Below are positions 9,827-19,859 of a stretch of 64,000 nt of DNA, piece after piece (within the stretch, counting starts at the first letter, position 1; each line of letters begins with the position of its first letter). Below the pieces are notes generated by a model. The model was not told the origin of the DNA, ran no database searches, and was given only the letters and a program-made list of their open reading frames with translations. The DNA is from a candidate division Zixibacteria bacterium SM23_81 (lineage in GTDB: Bacteria > SM23-81): assembly GCA_001304015.1 (NCBI GenBank), contig LJUY01000009.1:20481-84480 (forward strand), given 5' to 3'. The translations under genes and the position numbers were made by a program.

Positions 9827-9851
9827 TGAAACCGTTCTTTCGCCCCACGAC
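9827..9851 (+). promoter_or_regulatory. Candidate ECF (sigW-like) promoter upstream of the VIT-VWA gene
   Basis: TGAAAC, 15-nt spacer, CGAC, about 30 nt upstream of the ATG at 9882. Resembles the TGAAAC-N16-CGTA ECF consensus. Confidence 0.3.
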
Positions 9852-9881
9852 CTTTTCTCTCCCCGAAAGGAGGTGGGCAAC

Positions 9882-12044
9882 ATGTTCCGGAAGCTCTCCA
9901 TCACCCTGGCCTTGACCTTGCTATTTCCTGCCTTCGCCCTGGCCGACGGGTTCATCATCCCCATTCCACCCCCCGACGTCCGCAGAGTGCCACCGCTGTC
10001 CATCAAATACCATCGCGTTAACGTGACCATTCGGGACCAGGTGGCCACCACAGAGGTGGACCAGGTTTTCATCAACGACTTCCACAGGGATTTGGAAGGC
10101 ACATACATCTTTCCCGTGCCCGAGGGGGCCAGCATCTCTAAGTTCTCCATGTACGTGGGCGGGGAGGAAATAGAGGGCAAAATTCTGGACAAAGACCAGG
10201 CCCGCCGCATATATGAAGACATCGTCCGCAGGGAGAAAGATCCCGCCATTCTAGAATACGTGGGAAGAGAGATGTTCAAGGTTCGGGTCTATCCCATCCC
10301 GGCCCACGGCGAAAAACGCATTGGCCTGCAGTATTCCGAGGTCTTGAAGCTGGACAGCGGCGTGTGCGTCTATACCTACTCTCTGGATACGGAAAAATTC
10401 TCGGCAAAGCCCATACGGGACGTCTCCGTGACCGTCGACCTGCGATCCCGGACACCTATCAAAACCGTCTACTCTCCCACGCACGAGATTACGGTCAACA
10501 AAAGAGATGACTACCATGCCGAGGTCACTTACGTGGAAGAGAACACAAATCCAGACCGTGATCTGGTGTTGTATTACACCGTCTCCGAGAAGGAACTGGG
10601 ATTAAATCTGTTGGCCTATCGGAAGGGAGATGAGCCCGGTTTCTTCCTGGCCATGGTGTCGCCTCAGGTGGAACTGGCCGGGAAAGAAGTGGGCAAGGAC
10701 ATCTTTTTTCTTATGGATACCTCGGGCAGCATGAAGGGTGAGAAGATAAGCCAGGCCAAGGATGCCCTGAATTTCTGCCTACAGAGCCTGAATCCCGACG
10801 ATCGGTTCAACATCGTGGCCTTCAGCACCAATCTGGAGACACTATCGGAAGATATCCTGGTCGCTGATGCCAAAGAGATCCGGGATGCTCAGAACTTCTT
10901 GAAGGAACTCACAGCATCGGGGGGCACCAATATACACGACGCCCTTCAGGAGGCACTAAAGCAAACAAATTCTCATTCCCGGCCCACTATGATCATCTTA
11001 CTCACCGACGGCCTGCCCACGGTGGGGCTGAAAAACACCGATAAGATTCTCGAGATGACTCGAAGGTCCAACGAGGATCGAGCTCGAATTTTCGTCTTCG
11101 GGGTGGGCTATGATGTCAACACCCACTTCCTGGATCGGCTCTCCACCGAAAACGGAGCCGTCTCGGAATACGTACGACCTGAGGAGAGCATCGAGGTGAA
11201 GGTGTCCCGCTTTTTCGGCAAGGTAGCTAACCCCATACTCACCGACCTGAGCTTGGAATTCGGCTCCATGGCCTCCTCGGAAATCTACCCTGTGAATCTA
11301 CCTGACCTGTTCAAGGGCTCCCAGCTCATCGTCTTGGGTCGATATAAAAAAGTCGGGTCAACGGCAGTGGTCCTGAAGGGTCATTCCTCAGATCGGAAAA
11401 AAAGCTTCACCTATGAGGTGGACGTCCGCTCTGAGGAACGCAATCAATTCATTCCCAGGCTTTGGGCCACCCGCAAAATCGGGTACCTGCTGGATCAGAT
11501 TCGACTCCATGGGCACAATCAAGAGCTGGTCGACGAGATCGTCGAGCTGAGCAAGCGGTATGGCATCATGACCGAATACACCTCTTTTCTGGTGGACGCC
11601 GATATCACCGTTGCCAGAGAAGAGCTTTCCCGGGAGGCCGGCAAACGCATGGCCGACGCTTTTGATAAGAAAACTGGCGCTGGCGCCGTGAGCAGGGCCA
11701 TGGATTTGGGCAGTCTCAAATCGCAGGCCGCTGCCCCCGCCAACGTCTACTTGGATGAGAGAGGCCAGGTCCGCAAGGTTACCGGCGTCAAAACCGTAGG
11801 AGCCAAGACATTTTATCTGAAACAGGGGATATGGACGGACAACGAATACCGCCAAGATCAGACGATCATCGAGGTGAAGCGTTTTAGCGATGCCTATTTT
11901 CAGCTTATCCACCGCTCGGTCGTGATGGGACGATATTTGGCCCTGGGGGATCAGGTCATCGTGAGCCTCAGGGATGGGGCTATCAAAGTCGGCGAGACGG
12001 GAAAGGAAAGCTTCTCAGAGGCTGAGCTTCGGGCGTTGCTATAA
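9882..12044 (+). CDS. VIT domain plus von Willebrand factor A (VWA) domain secreted protein
   Basis: Signal peptide MFRKLSITLALTLLFPAFALA. VWA MIDAS motif DTSGSM (FFLMDTSGSMKGEKI). VIT-like N-domain. Start moved to the ATG at 9882 with RBS aaaggaggtg (the track ORF begins at 9819). Confidence 0.75.
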   Translation: MFRKLSITLALTLLFPAFALADGFIIPIPPPDVRRVPPLSIKYHRVNVTIRDQVATTEVDQVFINDFHRDLEGTYIFPVPEGASISKFSMYVGGEEIEGKILDKDQARRIYEDIVRREKDPAILEYVGREMFKVRVYPIPAHGEKRIGLQYSEVLKLDSGVCVYTYSLDTEKFSAKPIRDVSVTVDLRSRTPIKTVYSPTHEITVNKRDDYHAEVTYVEENTNPDRDLVLYYTVSEKELGLNLLAYRKGDEPGFFLAMVSPQVELAGKEVGKDIFFLMDTSGSMKGEKISQAKDALNFCLQSLNPDDRFNIVAFSTNLETLSEDILVADAKEIRDAQNFLKELTASGGTNIHDALQEALKQTNSHSRPTMIILLTDGLPTVGLKNTDKILEMTRRSNEDRARIFVFGVGYDVNTHFLDRLSTENGAVSEYVRPEESIEVKVSRFFGKVANPILTDLSLEFGSMASSEIYPVNLPDLFKGSQLIVLGRYKKVGSTAVVLKGHSSDRKKSFTYEVDVRSEERNQFIPRLWATRKIGYLLDQIRLHGHNQELVDEIVELSKRYGIMTEYTSFLVDADITVAREELSREAGKRMADAFDKKTGAGAVSRAMDLGSLKSQAAAPANVYLDERGQVRKVTGVKTVGAKTFYLKQGIWTDNEYRQDQTIIEVKRFSDAYFQLIHRSVVMGRYLALGDQVIVSLRDGAIKVGETGKESFSEAELRALL

Positions 12045-12066
12045 CACAGCCATGGTCATGGCGAAT

Positions 12067-12095
12067 AGTCGAAGGGGCGAGAAATCCTCGCCCCT
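12067..12095 (+). terminator. Hairpin downstream of the VIT-VWA gene (terminator-like)
   Basis: gaaggggcgag-aaatc-ctcgcccctt, a perfect 10-bp stem. No strong T-run follows. Confidence 0.4.
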
Positions 12096-12258
12096 TCCTG
12101 TCGACACAGGTATTCTATGCTCACTTTCGGTGGGAACAGCGTTTCTTTGATCGTTGCTTGGCGAAATGATTTTACAGCCTTTTTAATGGTATTCATTGTC
12201 CCTATGATGTGAGATTTTTTGTATCCGTCTCAAAAATGACGGGAGGTGAAGTTTTAAA

Positions 12259-12720
12259 ATGAGACTATACCTGGTACAACATGGTCAAGCACTTCCCAAA
12301 GAGACCGACCCGGAGCGCCCCCTCAGCGAGCCTGGGCAGGCCGATATCACCCGTTTAGCCAAGTTTTTACAAAATGCAAACGTTCAGGTCTCCAGGGTCA
12401 TCCACAGCGGCAAGAAAAGGGCTCAACAGACGGCCGATCTGCTGACCTCAGCCATCTGTCCGGGAGAGACCACACAGGAAGCCATGGGCCTAAACCCGAA
12501 TGATCCCGTAGAGGAATTTGCCGCAAAAGCAAGTCAGTGGCAAGAAGACACCCTCGTAGTGGGCCATCTACCATTTCTGGCCAAGCTGGTAGATCATCTG
12601 TTGGCCAAAGGTCAAGGAGAGGTGGTCTCATTCCGTCCCGGCACCGTCGTTTGCCTGGAGCGTATCGACCCGCAGGGATGGACCATCGCCTGGATGATCC
12701 GGCCCGAGTTGTTGACATAA
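12259..12720 (+). CDS. sixA: Phosphohistidine phosphatase SixA-like (histidine phosphatase superfamily)
   Basis: MRLYLVQHGQA...RH catalytic motif at the N-terminus. 153 aa. RBS gggagg. Confidence 0.7.
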   Translation: MRLYLVQHGQALPKETDPERPLSEPGQADITRLAKFLQNANVQVSRVIHSGKKRAQQTADLLTSAICPGETTQEAMGLNPNDPVEEFAAKASQWQEDTLVVGHLPFLAKLVDHLLAKGQGEVVSFRPGTVVCLERIDPQGWTIAWMIRPELLT

Positions 12721-13213
12721 TGTAAAACCATATGGGTGAGGTCCCCTGGCTCATATTTGTTTATTGTGGGAGAGGTCTCCTGAACCCGATTCTCCTACAG
12801 GCGCCCCGCCTTTATGAAGAATACGACGTTTAGAACAGACGAGGACGCCTGTTCTGCCGAATACGTTTCTTCAGTTTCACCTGAAGAAAGCCAAGGTTCT
12901 CTTCGGTACTTCAGGCGTCTCGCCTGAAGGCAGTTAGGACGTGCTTAAAAACTGCTCCTACAATGCTCCCCACACGGCATTTTTCCATTTAGAAAACCTC
13001 GGGCCGTCACCTTAACCTTCCCCGACATCCCCTTTTAGATCCCGTTCTCTTCCTCAAAGAAAATTCATATTACATTCTCCCTTTTGGCACGATACTTGCG
13101 CTTTCAGTTAAAAAAATGAGCACCCGGAAGCGCCTTGACTTCCCAAAACATCGGCCAGGATCAAAAGACAATTTTCAGAACATCCGTAAAAACCTACGGA
13201 GAAAGGTTCTTTA

Positions 13214-14458
13214 GTGGCCAGGATTAAGACATATCTTCAAGAAAACCTGTTGACGGCGAACCTGCTCAACCGCACGGCAGCGCAAGAGGCAAAATGCGAT
13301 AAATCGGGGGGCCATCCCGTGGCGGAGCTGGACGAGAATCATCTCCTGGAGGCCCTTGCCTGGCTTATGCGGGCCCACAACGCCATGCCCTACGGTGGCC
13401 TGTCTCGCGGCTACAGCTTTGGCTGGAATCCCTACTTTCCCAAAAGAGGCTGGCAACCCGCCCATCCAAAGACAACTGGCGGAGTCATCCCCACTCTTTT
13501 CGACAGCTCCGTTGCCCTTGGGCGAGAAGATCTTCGCCAGACAGCCATTGGCTTGGCCAATTGGCTGGTAAAAATACAGATGCCCAGTGGGGCCATTCGG
13601 GGCGGTGCCCTGGACGAACCTCCATCGTCTGAGATCCTTAATACCGCTCAAGCCATTATCGGATGGACGCGAGCCTTCCAGGAGACGCAAACAGAATGGT
13701 ATGCTGAGGCGGCACGACGTGCCTCCGATTTTCTGCTCCAGCTCCATGATCCAGAGTATCCCAGAGGTTCAGATCCTTCCTTATCAGCTGGAGAGGACAG
13801 CATCGTGTGCCGCTCGAGAGCAGGGTGGGCCCTGATCCAGGTGGGCATTGTCCTGGAGGAGTATCAGTATTGTGCTGCTGGCGACAAGGATGTGCTCCTC
13901 TGCCTCCAGCGCCAACAGCCCAACGGCTGGTTTGGGGACAGTCAGCCAAATGCCTCCGACTCCTCCCTTGTCCAGACCATCGCTCATTGTCTGGAGGGAA
14001 TACTGCAGTCGTCCCTGATTCTGGACAACAAGAGGTATTTCAACTCGGCCAAAAAAACGGCCGATGCCCTGCTAAGTCTCATCCGTGACGACGGTAGCCT
14101 GAGCGGACTTTTCACCAGCGACTGGACTCCTCAGGCTTCCTGGAGTTGTCTCCTGGGAGACGCCTTAATGGCCAGCATCTGGCTCAAACTACATGGGCTT
14201 ACGGGAAACAAGACATATCTGAAGGCAGCTCACCGTATGATCGTTTTTCTAAAAAAGACACAGAACTGCACGACCACACATCCGGGCCTTCGTGGAGGCA
14301 TCAAGGGATCCTTCCCGTGTGATGGCGAATTTGGTCGGTACCAAACCCTAAGTGCTGGCTCCAAATACTTCATCGACTCCCTGCTCTCGCTGGCACAAGT
14401 CTTACAGGCCCAACCACCAGCTTCATCTCTGCCCGTCTCTTCTCGCTCGTCTCGATAA
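13214..14458 (+). CDS. Hypothetical protein, possibly alpha/alpha-toroid (six-hairpin) fold
   Basis: GTG start with RBS ggagaaagg. Helical-hairpin periodicity with W/GG-rich turns. No diagnostic motif recognised. Confidence 0.3.
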   Translation: MARIKTYLQENLLTANLLNRTAAQEAKCDKSGGHPVAELDENHLLEALAWLMRAHNAMPYGGLSRGYSFGWNPYFPKRGWQPAHPKTTGGVIPTLFDSSVALGREDLRQTAIGLANWLVKIQMPSGAIRGGALDEPPSSEILNTAQAIIGWTRAFQETQTEWYAEAARRASDFLLQLHDPEYPRGSDPSLSAGEDSIVCRSRAGWALIQVGIVLEEYQYCAAGDKDVLLCLQRQQPNGWFGDSQPNASDSSLVQTIAHCLEGILQSSLILDNKRYFNSAKKTADALLSLIRDDGSLSGLFTSDWTPQASWSCLLGDALMASIWLKLHGLTGNKTYLKAAHRMIVFLKKTQNCTTTHPGLRGGIKGSFPCDGEFGRYQTLSAGSKYFIDSLLSLAQVLQAQPPASSLPVSSRSSR

Positions 14459-14528
14459 TCCGCTTTGCTGAGACGACCTCTCCCCCTGGTATCATCATAT
14501 GAAATCCCCTCCCTGACTACATTTTTTT

Positions 14529-14557
14529 TGACATCAAACTGAAACTTAATTATATTC
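14529..14557 (+). promoter_or_regulatory. Sigma70-like promoter (TTGACA, 17 nt, TATATT)
   Basis: Perfect -35 TTGACA at 14529-14534, 17-nt spacer, TATATT at 14552-14557. About 190 nt upstream of the LiaF-like gene. Confidence 0.4.
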
Positions 14558-14743
14558 CCTTCAAGCCCGCTTGCATATCACCATCGCGAATATTTTACAG
14601 AACCTGGGCAGATACATTCTACCGAATCAGAGGATATCTTTGGTATTTTCATCGTATCTCTTCCAGCCCTAAGCATTAAGAGACTGCACGGACTAGGCCT
14701 GTGGTGAAATTGTGGCCATATTCCTGAGCTGAAAGGAGGGAAA

Positions 14744-15454
14744 ATGCCAAGTGAAACGGGACACGGGACTCATCGTTGGGGCATAGGTGTCCTCCTAACC
14801 GTCATCGGATTGTTAATTCTCCTGTCCAACCTAGATGTCTTGGACCTAGGACCCTTTTTGAGCCGTTGGTGGCCCCTGCTCATCGTGCTCCTGGGGCTCT
14901 GGAAGCTGGTGGTGTGGGGTGCGGCAAGTCTAGGCTCAGCCCTCCTGCTGATTATCATCGGAATTTTGTGTCAGCTGGCCACACTAGGAGTCATCACGTG
15001 GGGTGCCATCTTCCGCCTCTGGCCCGTCCTTTTAATCGCCATTGGGAGCTGGATGCTACTGCGTCCGACACGTCATTGGACTGAGAAATACCGTGTTGTC
15101 GGGCCGGGCAATGTCGATTTCTTGGACGCATGGGCTCTCTTCGGCGGGGCTGACCGACAAGTCACCTCCCAACAGTTTAAGGGCGGCAACGCCACCGCTT
15201 TCTTCGGTGGCATCGACATCGACCTGCGTCAGGCCCAAATGGCCGAGGGAGAACATTCATTACACCTCACAGCTCTCTGTGGAGGTGTGGATGTCTTTGT
15301 CCCTCAGAACTGGGATGTCACCGTGACGGGGACCCCCATCTTCGGCAGTTTGGAGGACAAACGCCAAAAAACCCATGTGGCAGAGGAGTCCACAAGAGGA
15401 TTGTTGCACATCAGTGCTTTCGTCGTGTTCGGGGGCATCGAAGTGAAAAACTAG
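14744..15454 (+). CDS. LiaF-like membrane protein (N-terminal multi-TM domain plus C-terminal DUF2154-like domain)
   Basis: RBS aaaggaggg. Four predicted TM helices at the N-terminus. C-terminal beta-rich domain resembles cell-envelope stress LiaF-type proteins. Confidence 0.45.
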   Translation: MPSETGHGTHRWGIGVLLTVIGLLILLSNLDVLDLGPFLSRWWPLLIVLLGLWKLVVWGAASLGSALLLIIIGILCQLATLGVITWGAIFRLWPVLLIAIGSWMLLRPTRHWTEKYRVVGPGNVDFLDAWALFGGADRQVTSQQFKGGNATAFFGGIDIDLRQAQMAEGEHSLHLTALCGGVDVFVPQNWDVTVTGTPIFGSLEDKRQKTHVAEESTRGLLHISAFVVFGGIEVKN

Positions 15455-15544
15455 CCCAAAAATGAGAAGATTGAACCTAGGAGCCCTCCCGTCCCAATCA
15501 CGATCCTTAACTCCTCTATGCATCAAGGGAAGGTCAACTTTTGC

Positions 15545-15573
15545 TTGCTTTAGCGTACGTTGAGCTGTATAAT
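15545..15573 (+). promoter_or_regulatory. Sigma70-like promoter at the edge of the low-GC sugar island
   Basis: TTGCTT, 17 nt, TATAAT with TG immediately 5' of the -10 (extended -10-like). About 150 nt upstream of the epimerase gene. Confidence 0.4.
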
Positions 15574-15723
15574 GAAATGACTTAAGAAAAAATGTCCTAG
15601 GAGCCCTAATGAGAGATTATGGGGCGGCTTTCAAAAGTGCCGATGCTTCAAAAACAAAGGCAAAATGGCACGCTCTCTTCAGGGGAAGAGCGCGAAACTT
15701 AGCATATTATCAAGGAGAAAACA

Positions 15724-16683
15724 GTGGCTACAAAAGGCAAAACAATTTTTATCACCGGTGGAGCAGGTTTTATTGGCACCGCTGTAGCAAAGAGATTAGT
15801 TGCTGATAACAAGATAGTAATTTATGATAATTTCCATAGAAATTCTTTAAGCGGTAGCGACTTAGAAGATCATGCAAATGTCAGGGTAATTAAGGGTAGC
15901 GTTTTGGATCTTGGAAAATTAAAGGAGAGTATTAAAAAGTCCCATATCGTGGTTCATATGGCTGCGATTGCAGGTATTGATACCGTTATCAAGAGTCCTG
16001 TGACTACAATGAAAGTAAACATGATAGGAACTTACAATCTTTTGGAAGCGACGATGACTCTCACTAAAGTTGACAGGGTTCTTTATTTCTCTACGAGCGA
16101 AGTTTTTGGCTCCTATGCATACAAATTAGAAGAGAGGGAACCTACACATCTTCGACCCGTAGGTGAAGCAAGATGGGTTTATGCTACCAGCAAACTTGCG
16201 GGAGAACATCTTATTCACAGCTATTATACAGAACTTGGGTTGCCTGTAACCTCTGTCCGGCCTTTTAACATTTATGGACCAGGGCAGGTGGGTGAAGGGG
16301 CTATTCATGTTTTTATTAAGAAAGCGATTAACGACCAAGCCATAGAAATCCATGGGGATGGTGACCAGATACGTTCTTGGTGTTATATTGATGATATGGT
16401 AGATGCAATTTTGCTTTGCTTAACTAAAGATGAGGCAATCGGAGAGATATTTAATATAGGAAATCCAAGGGGAACTATTACAATTCTAAGTTTAGCGGAA
16501 AAAATAAAGCACTTGGCCAATTCTAAATCTAAAATAGCGCATGTTCCAAAAAATTACGTAGATGTGGAACTTCGTGTCCCAAGTATTGAAAAAGCAAAAA
16601 CGGTCCTTGGATTTAAGCCAAAAGTTGATCTTGAGGAAGGAATAAAAAGAACTATAGAATGGTACAGGAGAAACCGCAAGTGA
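15724..16683 (+). CDS. NAD-dependent sugar epimerase/dehydratase (SDR family)
   Basis: GTG start with RBS aaggag. TGGAGFIG Rossmann motif and YxxxK (YATSK). Confidence 0.8.
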   Translation: MATKGKTIFITGGAGFIGTAVAKRLVADNKIVIYDNFHRNSLSGSDLEDHANVRVIKGSVLDLGKLKESIKKSHIVVHMAAIAGIDTVIKSPVTTMKVNMIGTYNLLEATMTLTKVDRVLYFSTSEVFGSYAYKLEEREPTHLRPVGEARWVYATSKLAGEHLIHSYYTELGLPVTSVRPFNIYGPGQVGEGAIHVFIKKAINDQAIEIHGDGDQIRSWCYIDDMVDAILLCLTKDEAIGEIFNIGNPRGTITILSLAEKIKHLANSKSKIAHVPKNYVDVELRVPSIEKAKTVLGFKPKVDLEEGIKRTIEWYRRNRK

Positions 16684-17789
16684 TCAGATTGGCGCGGCCC
16701 CAAATAGGTCAGGAAGAGATAAAGGAAGTCAGTAAGGTATTGGGATCTGGGTTTTTAGTTCAGGGTAAAAATGTAGAGAAATTTGAGACAAAGGTTGCTG
16801 AGTATCTAAAAGTAAAATATGCTATTGCTGTTAGCTCCGGAACGGCTGCTTTGCACCTATCTCTCATGGCTTTGGGAATAAAGGAAGGGGACGAAGTCAT
16901 ACTACCTGATTTTACTTTTCCTGCAACTGGCAATGTAGTTGCCTTAGTGGGCGCTAAACCCATTTTAGTGGATATCGATTTAAAGACCTACAATATTGAT
17001 CCCACAAAAATAGAGGAAAACATTACGCCCCAGACAAAAGCCGTTATTCCAGTTCACGAATTTGGACAGGCGGCCGATATAGATTCAATATTAGCAATAG
17101 CGGGAAAATATGATTTATCTACCATTGAGGACGCTGCTTGTGCTTTGGGTGCAGAATCCAAAGGTAGAAAGTGCGGAACTTTGGGAGATATTGGATGCTT
17201 TAGTTTTCACCCAAGGAAAGCAATTACTACCGGAGAGGGCGGGATGGTCGTCACTAATAGTAAACAGCTAGCAGAAAAGGCAAGGGCACTACGAAATCAT
17301 GGAATGGCGATTAAAGAGGGAAGAAACAGCTTTGAATATGCAGGATTTAATTATCGAATGACCGATTTTCAGGGAGCGATGGGTTGGATTCAAATTAAGA
17401 AGCTGGATGAAATAATTGAAAAAAGAAGAGCTCTAGCAAGCTCATATAATGCTCTGTTGAAAGATCTTAAGGAGATACAGACTCCATTTGAAAAAGCTGG
17501 TAACAAACATATTTATCAATCTTATGTAGTTCTATTGAATAAACAAATAAAAAGAGACAACATCATTAGAAAGCTAAGAGAAAGAGGAATAGAAACAACT
17601 ATTGGAACTTACTGTCTTCATTGTCAGCCTTTTTATAGGAAGAACTATAGCTATAGAGATGGCCAGTTTAAGAATTCCTCTACAGCTTTCAAACAAAGTC
17701 TGTGTTTACCTCTCCATATAAAATTGAAGCCAGTAGATGCAAGGAAGGTTAAAGATCTGCTGTTAAAAACTATATGTATGGGAATGTGA
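16659..17789 (+). CDS. DegT/DnrJ/EryC1/StrS-family PLP-dependent sugar aminotransferase
   Basis: GFLVQGKNVEKFE, SSGTAALHL, and FHPRKAITTGEGG (PLP-Lys region). An alternative GTG start at 16680 would overlap the upstream stop in GTGA. Confidence 0.8.
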   Translation: MVQEKPQVIRLARPQIGQEEIKEVSKVLGSGFLVQGKNVEKFETKVAEYLKVKYAIAVSSGTAALHLSLMALGIKEGDEVILPDFTFPATGNVVALVGAKPILVDIDLKTYNIDPTKIEENITPQTKAVIPVHEFGQAADIDSILAIAGKYDLSTIEDAACALGAESKGRKCGTLGDIGCFSFHPRKAITTGEGGMVVTNSKQLAEKARALRNHGMAIKEGRNSFEYAGFNYRMTDFQGAMGWIQIKKLDEIIEKRRALASSYNALLKDLKEIQTPFEKAGNKHIYQSYVVLLNKQIKRDNIIRKLRERGIETTIGTYCLHCQPFYRKNYSYRDGQFKNSSTAFKQSLCLPLHIKLKPVDARKVKDLLLKTICMGM

Positions 17790-18032
17790 AGAGCTATTAA
17801 GATTCTTTATGGGTTAGGCTGCTTCCGGGCCAATGTTTCTGCAAAAACTTCGATCAATTGTTTTACAGCAGGTTATGAGATCTACAACGAGAAGTCTATT
17901 GGGACTACTCAGGTTTAAGTATCAAAATTTCTCCTTTTAAAAGCTGCTCAGATGGTCAATTTTGCAGAAGCTGAAGTTATAGGACGTTAGACCGAGATAA
18001 TTGTGAGCAACTATTAAATTCAGGGACAGGAA

Positions 18033-18668
18033 ATGAAGGATAAAATCCTTATATATGGTGCCGGTGGGCATGCCAAAGTTGTTATAGACGCAATTGAGAA
18101 AGAACAAAAATATAAAATTATGGCCATTGTAGATGATAACAGTAAGCTCCATGGTAAGAATTATTGCGGATACCCAGTAATTGGCGGTTTGAGCAAATTA
18201 GTCGAAGGGAAATTTAGCGATTTTAAGATAATCATTGCCATTACTGATGGCAAAGTATCTAGCAAATTATACCGTCAAATTAAATCGTTGGGATATAAAC
18301 TTGGCATAGTTATTCATCCCTCGGCTGTTGTTGCCCGGGATGTCTTAATAGGCCCAGGAACTATGGTTATGGCAAATGCTGTGATAAATTCTAATGCGAA
18401 AATTGGAACAAATGTTGTCATTAATACCGGTGCTATCGTTGAACATGACTGTGAAATAGGTGATTTTGTTCACATCGCTCCTGGTGCTCATTTAGCGGGA
18501 GCTGTTAAAATAGGTGAAGCCTCTATGGTCGGTTTGGGTGCAACTGTTATAGAGTCCAGACAGATTGGAGAGAATTCGATCATAGGTGCTGGAACAGTTG
18601 TCATTAATGATATTCCTAATAACGTTTCTGCTGTCGGCGTTCCAGCTAGAATAATGAAGCGGAGCTAA
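18033..18668 (+). CDS. PglD/NeuD-family sugar N-acetyltransferase (hexapeptide left-handed beta-helix)
   Basis: MKDKILIYGAGGHAKVVIDAI N-terminal Rossmann-like domain typical of PglD/NeuD. C-terminal hexapeptide repeats. Confidence 0.75.
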   Translation: MKDKILIYGAGGHAKVVIDAIEKEQKYKIMAIVDDNSKLHGKNYCGYPVIGGLSKLVEGKFSDFKIIIAITDGKVSSKLYRQIKSLGYKLGIVIHPSAVVARDVLIGPGTMVMANAVINSNAKIGTNVVINTGAIVEHDCEIGDFVHIAPGAHLAGAVKIGEASMVGLGATVIESRQIGENSIIGAGTVVINDIPNNVSAVGVPARIMKRS

Positions 18669-18671
18669 CAC

Positions 18672-19859
18672 ATGAAGATCCCTATAAGTAAGCCTTTATT
18701 TGACAAAGATGAGGAGCGAGCAAGTCTTGAGCCCCTTAGGAATGGATGGGTGATGCAGGGACCCAAGGTTCAGAAATTTGAAAAGATGATAAGTTCCTAT
18801 ACAAGAACTAAATATGCCAGAGCAACAAGTTCCGGAACTGCAGCTCTGCACTTATCTTTGTTGGCCTGCGAGATTAAGCCAGGTGATGAAATCATTGTGC
18901 CGCCTTTTACTTGCGTTGCCAGTGTAAATCCCATAGAGTATATCGGAGGTAAGCCTGTATTCGTAGATATCGATCTGAAAACATATAATATTGATAGCTC
19001 CAAGATAGAGGAAGCTATTACGGAAAACACAAAAGCCATTGTGCCTATTCATTTGTTTGGACTCTGTGCAGACATGGATCCCATCTTGGAATTAGCAAAG
19101 AAATATAGCTTAAGAATTATAGAGGATGCAGCTCTTGCCTTGGGGGCCTTTTATAACGGGGAGCATGCAGGAACTTTTGGTGATGCTGGGTGCTTCAGTT
19201 TCCATCCGAGAAAGGCAATCACAACAGGCGAGGGAGGCATGGTCATAACGAATAACGAAGAGATTGCTCACCAGATAGAGATTATGAGAAATTACGGCGC
19301 CTCGATCTCTGCTTTGGAGCGGCACCAAAAAGAGCTCTATGCTCTTCCACAATACAACATCTTAGGATACAATTACAAAATGACCGATATTCAAGCTAAT
19401 ATCGGTATTCAGCAAATGGGAAAGCTGGAATTTATTCTTAAAAGAAGAACAGAATTAGCAAGGATCTACAATCAAGAGTTGAAAGATTTGAAATGGCTAA
19501 TTATTCCCCATGTAACCGAAGGTTGTACACACGCATACCAATCCTACGTGTGCTTATTCGCTCCCGATGGACTGCCAAAAGAGGGAGCGGATTCGGATGA
19601 ATTAGAAATCATGTGTCAGAAACGTAACGAATTCATGAAATGGCTTCATGGAAAGGGGATTTCAACAGTACCAGGAGCTCTTGCTATACATACAGTGGAT
19701 TATTACAAAGGAAAATACAATTTGAACCAGACAGATTTTTTAAGCTGTTTGATAGCGAGTAAATTGAGCATTGCCTTGCCTCTATATCCTCAGATGAGAG
19801 AGGAAGAACAAGATTATGTAATTCATCACACAAAACATTTTGGGAAAACAAGAATCTAG
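18672..19859 (+). CDS. DegT/DnrJ/EryC1/StrS-family sugar aminotransferase (second copy)
   Basis: TSSGTAALHLSL and FHPRKAITTGEGGMVITN. Paralogous to 16659-17789. Confidence 0.8.
   Translation: MKIPISKPLFDKDEERASLEPLRNGWVMQGPKVQKFEKMISSYTRTKYARATSSGTAALHLSLLACEIKPGDEIIVPPFTCVASVNPIEYIGGKPVFVDIDLKTYNIDSSKIEEAITENTKAIVPIHLFGLCADMDPILELAKKYSLRIIEDAALALGAFYNGEHAGTFGDAGCFSFHPRKAITTGEGGMVITNNEEIAHQIEIMRNYGASISALERHQKELYALPQYNILGYNYKMTDIQANIGIQQMGKLEFILKRRTELARIYNQELKDLKWLIIPHVTEGCTHAYQSYVCLFAPDGLPKEGADSDELEIMCQKRNEFMKWLHGKGISTVPGALAIHTVDYYKGKYNLNQTDFLSCLIASKLSIALPLYPQMREEEQDYVIHHTKHFGKTRI

Noticed and set aside
15609-15806. 65-aa ORF overlapping the epimerase start
   Set aside because: It is out of frame with and overlaps a well-supported SDR gene, has no RBS, and shows a Lys/Arg-rich composition from AT-rich DNA. 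Judged spurious.
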